A stretch of 64,000 nt of DNA from Escherichia coli (GTDB lineage Bacteria; Pseudomonadota; Gammaproteobacteria; Enterobacterales; Enterobacteriaceae). The notes below the pieces were generated by a model. It ran no database searches. It worked only from the letters and a program-made list of their open reading frames with translations, and was not told the DNA's origin. The stretch lies in assembly GCF_041886205.1 (NCBI RefSeq), contig NZ_CP169029.1. One strand, written 5' to 3'. Made by a program: the position numbers and the translations under genes. Shown here piece by piece: positions 1 through 10,710 of this stretch. Every line of letters begins with the position of its first letter. Position 1 is the first letter of the stretch.

Positions 1-590
1 ACAATATCCCGTGGATTCTGGATAACGGGCTGCACTGCGGCAACAGTCTGGTGCAGGCGGAAAACTGGATCAATATCGGCAACCCGGAGCTGATCGGCAA
101 GCGTGCCGGGCATCCGGTACCTGTCGGAACGGGCGGGACACTGCATGACTATGTGCCGTTTTATTTTACCCCCTTCTCGCCAATGCTGATGAACATCCAC
201 AGCGGGCGCGGCGGCATTAAGCAACGCCCCAATGAGGAGATCGTTATTCTGGTCAGCAACTTGCGAAACGTGGCAGCACACGACGTACCCTTCGTGTTTA
301 CCGACAGCCATGCTTACTATAACTGGACCAACTACTACACCAGTCTGGATAGTCTGGACCAGATCGACTGGCCCATTTTGCAGGCACGGGACTTTCGCCG
401 CGATCCAGACGATCCGGCTAAATTTGAACGCTATCAGGCAGAGGCGCTAATCTGGCAACACTGCCCGATCTCTCTGCTGGATGGGATAATTTGTTACAGC
501 GAAGAGGTCAGGTTACAATTAGAACAATGGCTGTTTCAGCGTAATCTAACAATGTCCGTTCACACACGGGCTGGATGGTACTTCTCATGA
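1..590 (+). CDS. darT: DarT-like ssDNA ADP-ribosyltransferase toxin (DUF4433), 5'-partial
   Basis: ORF 51..590 remains open in frame back to base 3 ([12 protein letters not shown]...), so the gene starts left of the window; C-terminal region contains a conserved glutamate context ([20 protein letters not shown]) reminiscent of DUF4433; followed with ATGA overlap by a macrodomain protein, the DarTG operon signature. Confidence 0.55.
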
Positions 591-1654
591 TCACATATAC
601 ACAAGGCAATTTACTGGACGCACCGGTGGAAGCTCTGGTGAATACGGTTAATACCGTCGGTGTCATGGGGAAAGGCATCGCGTTGATGTTTAAAGAGCGC
701 TTCCCCGAAAATATGAAAGTCTATGCCCTCGCCTGCAAACAAAAGCAGGTGATCACCGGCAAAATGTTCATTACCGAAACCGGGGAACTGATGGGACCGC
801 GCTGGATTGTTAATTTTCCGACCAAACAGCACTGGCGCGCTGATTCCCGCATGGAGTGGATTGAAGATGGCTTGCAGGACTTACGCCGCTTTTTGATTGA
901 AGAGAACGTGCAGTCCATCGCCATTCCACCACTGGGCGCAGGCAACGGTGGTTTGAACTGGCCGGACGTTCGGGCGCAGATTGAATCTGCCCTTGGCGAC
1001 CTTCAGGACGTTGATATCCTGATTTACCAACCGACTGAAAAATACCAGAACGTTGCCAAAAGCACTGGCGTAAAAAAGCTCACTCCCGCCAGAGCCGCCA
1101 TCGCTGAACTGGTGCGTCGCTACTGGGTATTGGGGATGGAGTGCAGCCTACTGGAAATCCAGAAACTGGCCTGGCTGTTACAACGCGCCATTGAGCAGCA
1201 TCAACAGGACGATATCCTCAAACTGCGGTTTGAAGCTCACTATTATGGCCCCTATGCGCCCAATCTGAACCATCTGCTTAATGCGCTGGACGGCACCTAT
1301 CTTAAAGCCGAGAAACGCATCCCGGACAGCCAACCGCTGGATGTGATCTGGTTTAACGATCAGAAAAAAGAACACGTTAATGCGTATCTGAACAACGAAG
1401 CCAGAGAGTGGCTACCTGCGCTGGAGCAGGTCAGCCAGTTAATTGACGGCTTTGAATCGCCGTTTGGTCTGGAGTTGCTGGCAACCGTAGACTGGTTGCT
1501 GAGCCGTGGCGAATGTCAACCAACGCTGGATTCCGTTAAGGAAGGGCTGCACCAGTGGCCTGCGGGCGAACGCTGGGCCAGCCGTAAGTTGAGGCTGTTT
1601 GATAATAATAATCTGCAATTTGCCATTAACCGCGTAATGGAGTTCCATTGCTGA
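587..1654 (+). CDS. darG: DarG-like macrodomain antitoxin
   Basis: N-terminal macrodomain motifs ([38 protein letters not shown]); about 355 aa; start ATG at 587 overlaps the stop of the upstream gene. Confidence 0.65.
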
Positions 1655-1672
1655 GGGTTTAAGGAGCGCCTT

Positions 1673-4600
1673 TTGAGTACCGTGGGCCAGCGCGAACGCG
1701 CCACACAGCAGCGTCTGATTCAGTTTTTTGTTGAAGATTTAGGTTACCGCCATCTGAGTCACCGCACCGGGTACACCGGGAACAGCAACATCGACACTAA
1801 TATACTGAGCGCGTGGCTAAAACGGCGCGGCGTTAATGATACGTTGATCACCCGGGCGTTGCGGCAACTGGATTCCGCCGCCGCTCTGGGCGAAGGCAAA
1901 AAACTCTATTACGCCAATAAAGAGGTCTATCGCCTACTGCGTTACGGCGTGAAAGACAAAGAAGGCGCAGGCGAGCAGAACCAAACCGTGTGGCTGATTG
2001 ACTGGGCCAACCCACAAGCCAATGATTTCGCCATCGCCGATGAGGTGACGGTCAAAGGCGAGTACTGCAAGCGCCCGGATCTGGTGCTGTACGTTAACGG
2101 CATTGCGCTGGGCGTGATTGAACTTAAGCGTTCGTCAGTGCACGTCAGCGAAGGCATCCGGCAGAATCTCGATAATCAAAAGAAAACCTTTATCCGCGAT
2201 TTCTTCACCACTATGCAGTTAGTGATGGCGGGCAACGATACGCAGGGCCTGCGCTACGGCACCATCGAAACCCCGGAAAAATACTATCTGGAGTGGAAAG
2301 AAGATAATCCAGGCGACTATACACATAAACTCGACTTTCATTTAAGTCGTCTGTGTAGCAAATCCAGGCTGTTGGATATCGTCCATAATTACATTGCCTT
2401 TGATGTCGGGGTGAAAAAACTCTGCCGCCATAATCAGTTCTTCGGCGTCGAGGCGGCTAAACAACATATTGCCCGTCGTGAAGGCGGTATTATCTGGCAC
2501 ACACAGGGATCGGGTAAAAGCCTGACGATGGTCTGGCTGGCGAAGTGGATCCGTGAAAATGTGCCAAACTCCCGCGTGTTGATTGTGACTGACCGCACCG
2601 AACTGGATGAACAGATCGAAAGCGTGTTTATGGGCGTGAATGAAGATATTTATCGCACCTCCAGCGGCAACGATCTTATCGCAACGCTCAATCATCCTAA
2701 CCCGTGGCTCATTTGCTCGCTGGTGCATAAATTTGGTCGTCGCAGCGAAGCTGAAGACAATGCAGCTACCGACGCCTTTATCACCGAATTACAGCACTCC
2801 CTGACGAAAACATTCCGCGCCAAAGGCGATCTGTTTGTTTTTGTGGACGAGTGCCACCGCACACAATCCGGCAAGCTGCATAACGCCATGACTGCCATTC
2901 TGCCGGACGCCCTGTTTATCGGTTTTACCGGCACACCGCTGATGAAGAAAGATAAGAAGAAGTCGGTTGAGGTGTTCGGCCCTTATATCCATACCTATAA
3001 ATTTGATGAAGCGGTGGCCGACGGTGTGGTGCTGGATCTGCGCTACGAGGCACGCGATATTGACCAGTATCTGACATCAGAGAAAAAGGTCGATGACTGG
3101 TTTGAAGCCAAGACTCGCGGTTTGTCGAATTTAGCTAGGACCCAGCTTAAGCAAAAGTGGGGATCAATGCAGAAGCTGCTCTCCAGCAAGTCGCGGCTGG
3201 AGCAGATCGTTAACGACATTTTGCTGGATATGGATACCCGTCCACGCCTGATGGACGGGCGCGGCAACGCCATGCTGGTATGCAGCAGTATCTATCAAGC
3301 CTGCAAGGTTTACGAGATGTTCAGCCAGACCGAGCTGGCAGGAAAAGTAGCGATTGTGACCAGCTATCGCCCCGATGCCGCCAGCATCAAAGGCGAAGAA
3401 ACGGGCGAAGGGTTAACGGAGAAACTCTCTAAACACGCCACCTATCGTAAAATGTTGGCTGACTATTTTGAACAAAGTGAAGAGAAGGCCGCCGCACGCA
3501 TTACCGAGTTCGAGCGGGAAGTGAAACAGCGTTTTATTGAAGAGCCGGGGCAAATGCGCCTGCTTATCGTGGTGGATAAGCTGCTGACTGGCTTTGACGC
3601 GCCGTCCGCCACCTATCTCTACATTGATAAAACCATGACCGACCATACGCTGTTTCAGGCGATTTGTCGGGTGAACCGGCTGGACGGTGAGGATAAAGAG
3701 TATGGCTATATTATCGATTATAAAGATCTGTTCCGTTCGCTGGATAAAGCGATTACCGATTACACCACGGGCGCGTTTGATGATTACGATCGGGACGATG
3801 TGGCCGGGTTGCTGAAAGACAGGCTAGAGCAGGCGCAACTGGATCTCGACAGCGCGCTGGAGATGGTTCGCAGCTTATGTGAACCCGTCAAAACCCCGCG
3901 CAGCCTGCAGGACTATCAGCACTATTTTTGCGGTGAATCAGGAGAGAATCAGACTTCGTTAAACGAAAAAGAGGCGCTGCGCCTGACATTTTACCAGTGC
4001 GTCGCCCGTCTGCTACGCGCTTATGCCAACATCGCCAATGAAATGCCGGAAGCAGGCTACACTGCCGAAGAGGTAGAGAGCATTCGCGCCGAAGTCGCTG
4101 AATTCGAAAAACTGCGCTATGAGATTAAGCTGACCAGCGGCGATCTTCTGGATATGAAGCGCTTTGAACCCGCTATGCGTCATTTACTGGATATGTATGT
4201 TCGCGCCGATGATAGCGAAGTGCTGATGGATTTTGAAGAGTTAAGTCTGATTGAACTGATTGTCGAGAAAGGCTTGGCGGCGACCGTCGCCCTGCCGGAT
4301 GATATCCGTAATAATCAGGATGCGATGGCGGAAACCATCGAAAACAACGTGCGCAAAACCATCGTGGATGAAAACCCGGTTAACCCAAAATACTATGGAC
4401 GCATGTCGCAACTGCTGGATGAACTGATTACCCTTCGCCGACAAAATGCGCTCAATTATCAGCAGTATCTGGAACGTATCCGCGATTTGTGTAAACAGGT
4501 CATCCGCCCGGAGCAAACCGCCGGAGCGTGCTACCCTGCCACCATGGATACACAAGCAAAGCGCGCCTTCTATGATAACTTCGGCCACGACGAGGTACTG

Positions 4601-4768
4601 GCGACCCGCATAGATACGACGATTCGCTATACCAAAAGGGCAGAGTGGATTGGCGATCGTTTTAAAGAACGGGAAATTGCCAACGCATTACGTGAAGAGA
4701 CCGCCAGCTATAATATTGATATTGATGAGGTGATAGCGCTTGCCCGTCAGCAGAAGGAATATCACTGA
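1673..4768 (+). CDS. hsdR: Type I restriction endonuclease R subunit (HsdR)
   Basis: 1031 aa; N-terminal PD-(D/E)xK nuclease motif (PDLVLYVNGIALGVIELKRS), Walker A (TQGSGKSLTMVW), DECH box (FVFVDECHRTQSG); TTG start with AAGGAG Shine-Dalgarno 7 nt upstream. Confidence 0.85.
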   Translation: MSTVGQRERATQQRLIQFFVEDLGYRHLSHRTGYTGNSNIDTNILSAWLKRRGVNDTLITRALRQLDSAAALGEGKKLYYANKEVYRLLRYGVKDKEGAGEQNQTVWLIDWANPQANDFAIADEVTVKGEYCKRPDLVLYVNGIALGVIELKRSSVHVSEGIRQNLDNQKKTFIRDFFTTMQLVMAGNDTQGLRYGTIETPEKYYLEWKEDNPGDYTHKLDFHLSRLCSKSRLLDIVHNYIAFDVGVKKLCRHNQFFGVEAAKQHIARREGGIIWHTQGSGKSLTMVWLAKWIRENVPNSRVLIVTDRTELDEQIESVFMGVNEDIYRTSSGNDLIATLNHPNPWLICSLVHKFGRRSEAEDNAATDAFITELQHSLTKTFRAKGDLFVFVDECHRTQSGKLHNAMTAILPDALFIGFTGTPLMKKDKKKSVEVFGPYIHTYKFDEAVADGVVLDLRYEARDIDQYLTSEKKVDDWFEAKTRGLSNLARTQLKQKWGSMQKLLSSKSRLEQIVNDILLDMDTRPRLMDGRGNAMLVCSSIYQACKVYEMFSQTELAGKVAIVTSYRPDAASIKGEETGEGLTEKLSKHATYRKMLADYFEQSEEKAAARITEFEREVKQRFIEEPGQMRLLIVVDKLLTGFDAPSATYLYIDKTMTDHTLFQAICRVNRLDGEDKEYGYIIDYKDLFRSLDKAITDYTTGAFDDYDRDDVAGLLKDRLEQAQLDLDSALEMVRSLCEPVKTPRSLQDYQHYFCGESGENQTSLNEKEALRLTFYQCVARLLRAYANIANEMPEAGYTAEEVESIRAEVAEFEKLRYEIKLTSGDLLDMKRFEPAMRHLLDMYVRADDSEVLMDFEELSLIELIVEKGLAATVALPDDIRNNQDAMAETIENNVRKTIVDENPVNPKYYGRMSQLLDELITLRRQNALNYQQYLERIRDLCKQVIRPEQTAGACYPATMDTQAKRAFYDNFGHDEVLATRIDTTIRYTKRAEWIGDRFKEREIANALREETASYNIDIDEVIALARQQKEYH

Positions 4769-5484
4769 TGCCAATCATGCAAATAGGCTCGTTACACTTG
4801 CTGGTCAACCGTAAGGCGATTAAGAATCTGCATATCAGCGTGCTGCCGCCTGATGGCAAAGTCCGCGTTTCAGCGCCGGAACATATGACGGAGACGGCGA
4901 TTCGTATGGCGGTTGCTTCACGCTTTCGCTGGATCAGAAAACAGCAGCAGGATTTCGCCAGACAGCCTCGTCAATCAGAGAGGGAAATGGTCAGCGGAGA
5001 GTGCCACTATCTTTGGGGCCGAAGATATCGCCTACTTGTGATTGAGCGTCACGGGCGTCACGAAGTAAAAGTTGCGGGAAATAATAAGCTCCAGCTTTAT
5101 GTTCAACCGGGAACCCGTGATGAAAATAAGGCATTGGCGTTAAGTGAATTTTATCGACATGAACTAAAACAGCAGGTGGCTAAGCTTCTACCTGAATGGC
5201 AGGACCGAATCGGTGTTCCCCTAACATTCTGGGGCATCAAAAAGATGAAAACCTTTTGGGGCACCTGTAACACTACAACAAAACGAATCTGGCTCAATCT
5301 GGAGCTAATTAAGAAGCCGCCGGAGTGTCTGGAGTATATTCTGGTGCATGAACTGGTTCATCTTCTGGAACGTCACCATAATGCTCGCTTCCGGTTGCAT
5401 ATGGATCGGTTTATTCCTGACTGGCGTGAGCGTCGGGATTTGTTAAATAATATGCCGTTAGCGTTTGAGGCATGGGAGTATTGA
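4768..5484 (+). CDS. DUF45 / M48-like zinc metallopeptidase (YgjP-like)
   Basis: 238 aa with HExxH motif (ILVHELVHLLERHH); start overlaps hsdR stop, so it is translationally coupled. Confidence 0.7.
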   Translation: MPIMQIGSLHLLVNRKAIKNLHISVLPPDGKVRVSAPEHMTETAIRMAVASRFRWIRKQQQDFARQPRQSEREMVSGECHYLWGRRYRLLVIERHGRHEVKVAGNNKLQLYVQPGTRDENKALALSEFYRHELKQQVAKLLPEWQDRIGVPLTFWGIKKMKTFWGTCNTTTKRIWLNLELIKKPPECLEYILVHELVHLLERHHNARFRLHMDRFIPDWRERRDLLNNMPLAFEAWEY

Positions 5485-6005
5485 TTGAGCCTGTAACTGT
5501 TTTTTGTCCATAAATTAACCTTCATTTGATGCTGGATTGAACATATCAAAATCAGACAATTACACAAATCTATGTACAGGCTCAACTCCTGCCATGGAAC
5601 GTAGTACTCACCAATAAGTAAGCATCAATACGGCGCTCCGTTAACGCTTACTAGCATGGTTATCTCCTTAAAAAATTGAGGCGACAACTATGCTGACGCA
5701 GGGGGGTATTGGGTGATCTCCTTCCATGAAAATACGCAGCTTGATTGCATTAAATTTATTTAATTTGCACTAATTTTGTTTAAGTTACATTACCACACGT
5801 GGGATATTGGAATACAAGCAACGCGAGGAATCAGTAAATATACCAATAATTGTATCACCCCTTTAATATTCATTAAGGTTTCAGGCCCTCCGGCACGATT
5901 CACCTGGCGAATCAATTCACGAGTCGCCCCAGAGTCACCGCCAATAAACATGCGATTCAACTCCCGATTCGATTCTCACTAATCTATTGTTTTATATAAA
6001 GATAG

Positions 6006-6063
6006 TCAGTACTGACTCTGTGACGACTCGCCGATGACTTGCCATAGAGTCATCGGCGAGTCG
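6006..6063. repeat. Two adjacent perfect palindromes (14 bp AGTCAGTACTGACT; 16-bp stem CGACTCGCCGATGACT with 8-nt loop)
   Basis: Read directly in an ORF-free AT-rich spacer downstream of the DUF45 gene. Confidence 0.8.
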
Positions 6064-6273
6064 GATCGGCATAATAAAAATTATCATAACGTAATTCTGA
6101 AATTATAACTTTATGATTTTAAATACCTATCAGCAAAAACTTGGTTTTGCATGGGGTGTGGAGATTTTGAGGTAAGAAGCAGGCTATCGTAAAATAGCCT
6201 GCTGGGATGGATTCAGTAATCACCGAATAAATTGCGGAGCAAAAAAACCGCCAATCAAGAGATGGGTTAGCAA

Positions 6274-6609
6274 TCAATTTTCGTATTTAAATTCAATATT
6301 AATCTTTAAAGCCTCTACATCTACTGTCACTTCACAGCCATGCCAGAATGGTTTTTCCTGAGATTTAAAGTTATCTAGAAAATAATTTCTTAATTCCACA
6401 AGAAAATCAAATAAATCACCGTTTGCTTGTGCCCCTGCCGAAAACCAATCAGTATTGCCAGTATCTGCATTTATATAGTCAAATTCACATTTACAATGAT
6501 CATTTTCAGGAGACAGTTCTGCTCTCATGATCACTTTGGATGCATTTTCAGGCGCAATGGATAGCAATACTGAACCTATATCATTATAAATCTCTTGATC
6601 AGTCCTCAC
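6274..6609 (-). CDS. Hypothetical small protein, immunity-protein-like
   Basis: 111-aa ORF starting with GTG immediately after the stop of the upstream ORF, with GGAGGT Shine-Dalgarno embedded in the upstream gene end; AT-rich. Confidence 0.35.
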   Translation of the reverse strand: MRTDQEIYNDIGSVLLSIAPENASKVIMRAELSPENDHCKCEFDYINADTGNTDWFSAGAQANGDLFDFLVELRNYFLDNFKSQEKPFWHGCEVTVDVEALKINIEFKYEN

Positions 6610-6921
6610 CTACTTACCTCCGGGTACATTTTTAAACGTTTCAGATACCGGCCTTATGCTGTTACCTGTATAAGATGGCTGGATATTAACTTTAATGCTC
6701 ACTATCCCTGACTCATCCATCTGCTGCATCAACAGAACGGATAAGTCATTCTTCATTGCCCACGGAATATCTTCACCCAATGCCCTGTCTATGGCTTCGT
6801 GAACCAACAAACTGTTAGCAGGGATGTCACCGTACTTCTCTTTGCAGGCTGTCGGGCTCGAAGCACATGTTGCGATCAGTTCATTACGCTGCTTGAGACT
6901 CAGATCTTCCATTTCTTTCAC
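6610..6921 (-). CDS. Hypothetical small protein, possible toxin C-terminal-domain-like module
   Basis: 103-aa ORF abutting the downstream ORF (TAG then GTG); preceded by a 9-bp-stem hairpin at about 7010-7035. Confidence 0.3.
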   Translation of the reverse strand: MKEMEDLSLKQRNELIATCASSPTACKEKYGDIPANSLLVHEAIDRALGEDIPWAMKNDLSVLLMQQMDESGIVSIKVNIQPSYTGNSIRPVSETFKNVPGGK

Positions 6922-7047
6922 GATCTGACCACAGTCACCACGGGCCTCACAACCTTTCGCCCTCGCCGCAAAGTTATCGATCTGATCAGCACTCAGGTAG
7001 TTATTCTCAACAACAATCCCAACTAAAAGGGTTGGGATTCATTACCC

Positions 7048-7491
7048 TTATGTATAAAGACTATCGTCGTAGGGTGCTTCAGTCAGAATTTTTTGAATTT
7101 CATGTCGTGCTTTTAGCTCCCATGAAAGATTCATATTTGCCATTAACTCAATAAATTTTGGGAACGCGATACGTCGTCCATCTCTGCCTTTAACCCTGTG
7201 TTCTAATTCATATTGGAATGCTGTCTTATAAGCGAGTTCTGACATGATCCAATAAAGTAGCTCATCTAGTGACCTAGTAACCTTCCGCGAGAATTCATAA
7301 CCTCTTTCTGAATGAATGTAATTATATACATTGTTTTCAAATGTAACATATGGTGTGCCATCACCAATTGGAGCGGAACAAAGATTAACTGAATGTCTTG
7401 GGAGACCAGCTTGCAAGGTCAACGCGTCAATTTTCCTTTGTATTTCATTGATATTCAGCAACATATTAGCGAACCTCACGAATATATCCAT
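7048..7491 (-). CDS. Hypothetical protein, immunity-protein-like
   Basis: 147-aa ORF whose ATG lies inside the 3' end of an upstream open frame (overlapping toxin/immunity-style arrangement). Confidence 0.35.
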   Translation of the reverse strand: MDIFVRFANMLLNINEIQRKIDALTLQAGLPRHSVNLCSAPIGDGTPYVTFENNVYNYIHSERGYEFSRKVTRSLDELLYWIMSELAYKTAFQYELEHRVKGRDGRRIAFPKFIELMANMNLSWELKARHEIQKILTEAPYDDSLYT

Positions 7492-7721
7492 TCTTCAATA
7501 GCCATTCCACATTCACTCGATCTTGCATATTAGGTAATATCTGAATCCCCCCTCCAGGCTCACCAAAAGCGGGGGCAATCTTTCCTTGTATAGCAGGCAA
7601 GGGTTTTATTACCTCATATTCATAGTATTTATATGAACGCATCCCGTTTGCAAGGCATCCATTGTTTTGACATGACGGGTAGGTTGCAGCTTTATATCCG
7701 GCTTTATTGCAGCCGTAACGC
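7468..7721 (-). pseudogene. Start-less open frame, possible C-terminal fragment of a truncated polymorphic-toxin gene
   Basis: Open frame on the minus strand (...NKAGYKAATYPSCQNNGCLANGMRSYKYYEYEVIKPLPAIQGKIAPAFGEPGGGIQILPNMQDRVNVEWLLKNGYIREVR*) with no plausible start, ending 21 nt inside the downstream ORF. Confidence 0.25.
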
Positions 7722-7902
7722 TGCGAGCCCCTATGTAATTCGCCGACTCACCCCTTATTTTCACGGCGGACTTCAAGCCCAAAATACTGTTCAGGTTTAG
7801 TGAGTCACGGTCTTACCTGTCTTTGTCATCACTCTGGCCGCCATAGCAACCTTTCAGCATTCACCCTTTTGTTAAGAGTTCATTGTTTAATGGTATCAGC
7901 GA

Positions 7903-8064
7903 TTAATATGGTCTGATACTGACGTGGTTCCTGTCATACTTACGGTCATGGGCGGTTATCGCCCATACTGTTCGTGCCAGCTTGTTTGCCATGGCGACGA
8001 TTGCCACACTGGCTGGACGACGTTTTTTCAGTTCGGTTATCCACGGGCCAGGCTCTTTAGCTAC
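7903..8064 (-). pseudogene. IS110-family transposase, C-terminal part, separated from its 5' part by an IS66-family insertion
   Basis: Minus-strand translation continues the interrupted tnp frame across the target duplication (...KEPGPWITELKKRRPASVAISAMANKL...), a typical IS110-family C-terminal tail. Confidence 0.55.
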
Positions 8065-8094
8065 GTAAGCGACTCGTCAGAACCGTATTGATAT

Positions 8095-9666
8095 TTACTG
8101 AGAGCTCAGATCAACTTTCCAGGGCAACAGATCGCGTACCCGGTTTGCCGGCCAGTCCTGGATATGTTCAATGACGTAACGCAGCCACTTTTCTGGCTCC
8201 ACATTGTTCAGACGGCATGTGCCGATCAGCGAGTACAACACCGCCGCATGTTCACCACCGCTGTCGGAACCCGCGAACATCCAGTTTTTCCGGCCTACGG
8301 CCACTCCCCGTAAGGCGTTCTCTGCGATGTTGTTGTCGATTTCCACCCAGCCATTACTGCAGTACACGTTCAGTGCATCCCACTGTTTCAGCAGGTATGC
8401 GAACGCTTTTGCCGTATCTGAGTGACGCGACAGTGTTTTCATCTGTTGCTGTATCCAGTCATACAGTGACTGCATCAGTGGCGCGGCTCTGGCTTTTCTT
8501 GCCGCCAGACGCTGTTCTGCTGAACAGCCCCGGACCTCTGCCTCGATGGCATACAGTTCACCGATACGCTGCAGGGCTTCCGTGGTGATGTAGGTGGACG
8601 CTCTTGCATGCACATCGTGGATTTTTCTCCGGGCATGAGCCATACACGCGGCTTCCGTTATTCTGCCGGATTCGTATAACGCCCGGTAACCACCGTAAGC
8701 ATCGGCCTGAAGCACACCGCTGTAACCGGCCAGGTGATTTTGTGGATGGATACCTTTCCGGTCCGGACTGTACGCGAACCAGACCGCCGGGGGCATCTGT
8801 GAACCGGCGTTACGGTCATCACGGACGTAGACCCACAGCCGGGCTGTCCGGGTTTTACCGCTGCCCGGCTCCTGGACCGGGACGGGGATATCATCAGCAT
8901 GGACTTTACCGGGCATCAGCACATACTGGCGCAGGACGTCATACAGCGGCTCCAGCAGTTCAGCAACAGCACCTGTCCAGCGCCCCAGTGTGGCACGGCT
9001 CAGCTCCACTCCCTGACGACGGTATATTTCTGACTGGCGGTATAACGGCAGATGGTCTGCATATTTCCCGGTGACAACATGGGCCAGAAGCCCCGCTCCG
9101 GCATAACTGCGTGCAATGGGTTTTGAAGGTACTGGTGCCTGCACGATATGGTCGCACCGGCAACAGGCCTGTTTCGGACGTTGTGTTTCGATAACCTTAA
9201 AGGCGCTGCTGATAAGCTCCAGTTGCTCTGACACATCACATCCCAGAGAACTGAGTTCACCACCACAGGCAGGACAGCATTCCTCTTCCGGCCGGATAAC
9301 CCGGGTTTCACGGGGAAGTGAGGCCGGTAACGGTTTACGGGCTGAAGACTGGCGCAGGGCGGATGGCAGTACCGGGTCATATTGCTCACCCAGCGTTTCC
9401 GCCATTTCTTCCTGAAGTGCGCTGATTCGCTCCTGTGCTTCCTGTATCTGCCGTTCGGTTTTTGCACGAAGTTTTTCTGAGCTTTTACCGAACTGCATAC
9501 GTTGCAGTTTCGCAACCAGCGCCTTCAGCCGGTTGATTTCGGAAGCATAAGCCGCCACCCGCTGTGAGAGCAGGCGGTTGTATTCAGCCATCTGGCGGAT
9601 GGTGTCCTGTTGCGTCTGCAACAGTGCCCGCAGGCGGGCGTTCTCATGAGCAAGTGAGGTGTCCAT
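8095..9666 (-). CDS. IS66-family transposase TnpC
   Basis: 523 aa, N-terminal coiled-coil/leucine-zipper region, CxxC zinc-finger pairs, typical IS66 TnpC length. Confidence 0.85.
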   Translation of the reverse strand: MDTSLAHENARLRALLQTQQDTIRQMAEYNRLLSQRVAAYASEINRLKALVAKLQRMQFGKSSEKLRAKTERQIQEAQERISALQEEMAETLGEQYDPVLPSALRQSSARKPLPASLPRETRVIRPEEECCPACGGELSSLGCDVSEQLELISSAFKVIETQRPKQACCRCDHIVQAPVPSKPIARSYAGAGLLAHVVTGKYADHLPLYRQSEIYRRQGVELSRATLGRWTGAVAELLEPLYDVLRQYVLMPGKVHADDIPVPVQEPGSGKTRTARLWVYVRDDRNAGSQMPPAVWFAYSPDRKGIHPQNHLAGYSGVLQADAYGGYRALYESGRITEAACMAHARRKIHDVHARASTYITTEALQRIGELYAIEAEVRGCSAEQRLAARKARAAPLMQSLYDWIQQQMKTLSRHSDTAKAFAYLLKQWDALNVYCSNGWVEIDNNIAENALRGVAVGRKNWMFAGSDSGGEHAAVLYSLIGTCRLNNVEPEKWLRYVIEHIQDWPANRVRDLLPWKVDLSSQ

Positions 9667-9685
9667 ATCCTCACTTTACAACGGG

Positions 9686-10033
9686 TTATATGCGGATTCC
9701 AGCGCGTTCCGTTCGTTTCGGGTGCTTCCAGTTGATACCTTCAAGAAGCATGGATAACTGAGCCGGAGTAAGGTGCACCTTGCCGTCACGGGTGACTGGC
9801 CAGACGAAGCGGCCCCGCTCCAGGCGTTTGGTGAAGAGGCACAGTCCGTCACTGTCAGCCCACAACACTTTTATCTGGTCACCCCGGCGTCCGCGGAAGA
9901 TGAACAGGTGTCCGGAGAACGGGTCATCCTTCAGGACGTTCTGAACTTTTGATGCCAGGCCGTTAAAGCCATTTCGCATATCGGTGATACCTGCAACCAG
10001 CCAGATACGCGAACCTGCAGGGAGAGATATCAT
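9686..10033 (-). CDS. IS66-family TnpB (orfB)
   Basis: 115 aa; WLVAGITDMRNGFNGLASKVQ motif characteristic of IS66 orfB. Confidence 0.85.
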   Translation of the reverse strand: MISLPAGSRIWLVAGITDMRNGFNGLASKVQNVLKDDPFSGHLFIFRGRRGDQIKVLWADSDGLCLFTKRLERGRFVWPVTRDGKVHLTPAQLSMLLEGINWKHPKRTERAGIRI

Positions 10034-10710
10034 CAGTGGCTGCTCCCTTTTATTTCGCGGATAAGTGTCTGTAATAACGCCGGCGTCAGTTTACCTTTAA
10101 GCCTGAGAGTTCCGGCCGGCAGAACCAGCTCACAACACAGACTGTCGGACGGTGTATTTATCTGCTCTGGTTCCTGTGCGGGGGCCGGGATTTTATTATC
10201 CGGCTCCGGCGTTAACGTCACGGGAAGCAGTGCCGGCATATTTTTTCCGGAAGGCAGCAGGCCACCTTTCCGGTATTGATGGCGCCAGTTGAAGAGCAGG
10301 TTATCGTTGATTCCGTTTTCCCGGGCGATCTGCGCCACACAGGCTCCGGGCTGCAGTGACTGCTCCACTAAGGCGATTTTAAACTCATAAGGGAAGTTGG
10401 GCCGCCGGGGACGTTTTTTTACCACGGGGGCTTCGGATATAACGGTGCTTTCAGGACGTACGACTGGTACCGTGGAAAATTGTCCGTAAAGGCAGGCATC
10501 AAGTTCCTGCTCCGACATGCCTGCGGGCAAAGGCCACGAAAGGCCAGCTCTCCGAAAGCGCACGAACATACTACAAACTGTTGATTTTGGTACACCCAGG
10601 CGACGCCCGGCCACAACCCGGGGTAAATGTTCTTCAAAGTGAAGACGTAAAGCTTCAGTGATCCAGGTCCGGTGTTTCATACGATAGTGTCCATTAAAAA
10701 TGATGGACAT
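10033..10710 (-). CDS. IS66-family orfA (HTH accessory protein, extended form)
   Basis: 225 aa; C-terminal IS66 orfA-like region (FKIALVEQSLQPGACVAQIARENGINDNLLFNWRHQY); start/stop overlap with orfB. Confidence 0.7.
   Translation of the reverse strand: MSIIFNGHYRMKHRTWITEALRLHFEEHLPRVVAGRRLGVPKSTVCSMFVRFRRAGLSWPLPAGMSEQELDACLYGQFSTVPVVRPESTVISEAPVVKKRPRRPNFPYEFKIALVEQSLQPGACVAQIARENGINDNLLFNWRHQYRKGGLLPSGKNMPALLPVTLTPEPDNKIPAPAQEPEQINTPSDSLCCELVLPAGTLRLKGKLTPALLQTLIREIKGSSH

Noticed and set aside
5776-5982. 68-aa plus-strand ORF in the AT-rich spacer after the DUF45 gene
   Set aside because: No Shine-Dalgarno, low-complexity composition, no conservation signal
8204-9415. Plus-strand ORFs of 73-156 aa overlapping the IS66-family tnpC
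   Set aside because: They lie antisense within a well-supported transposase gene and have no start context or motifs; shadow ORFs typical of GC-rich coding DNA
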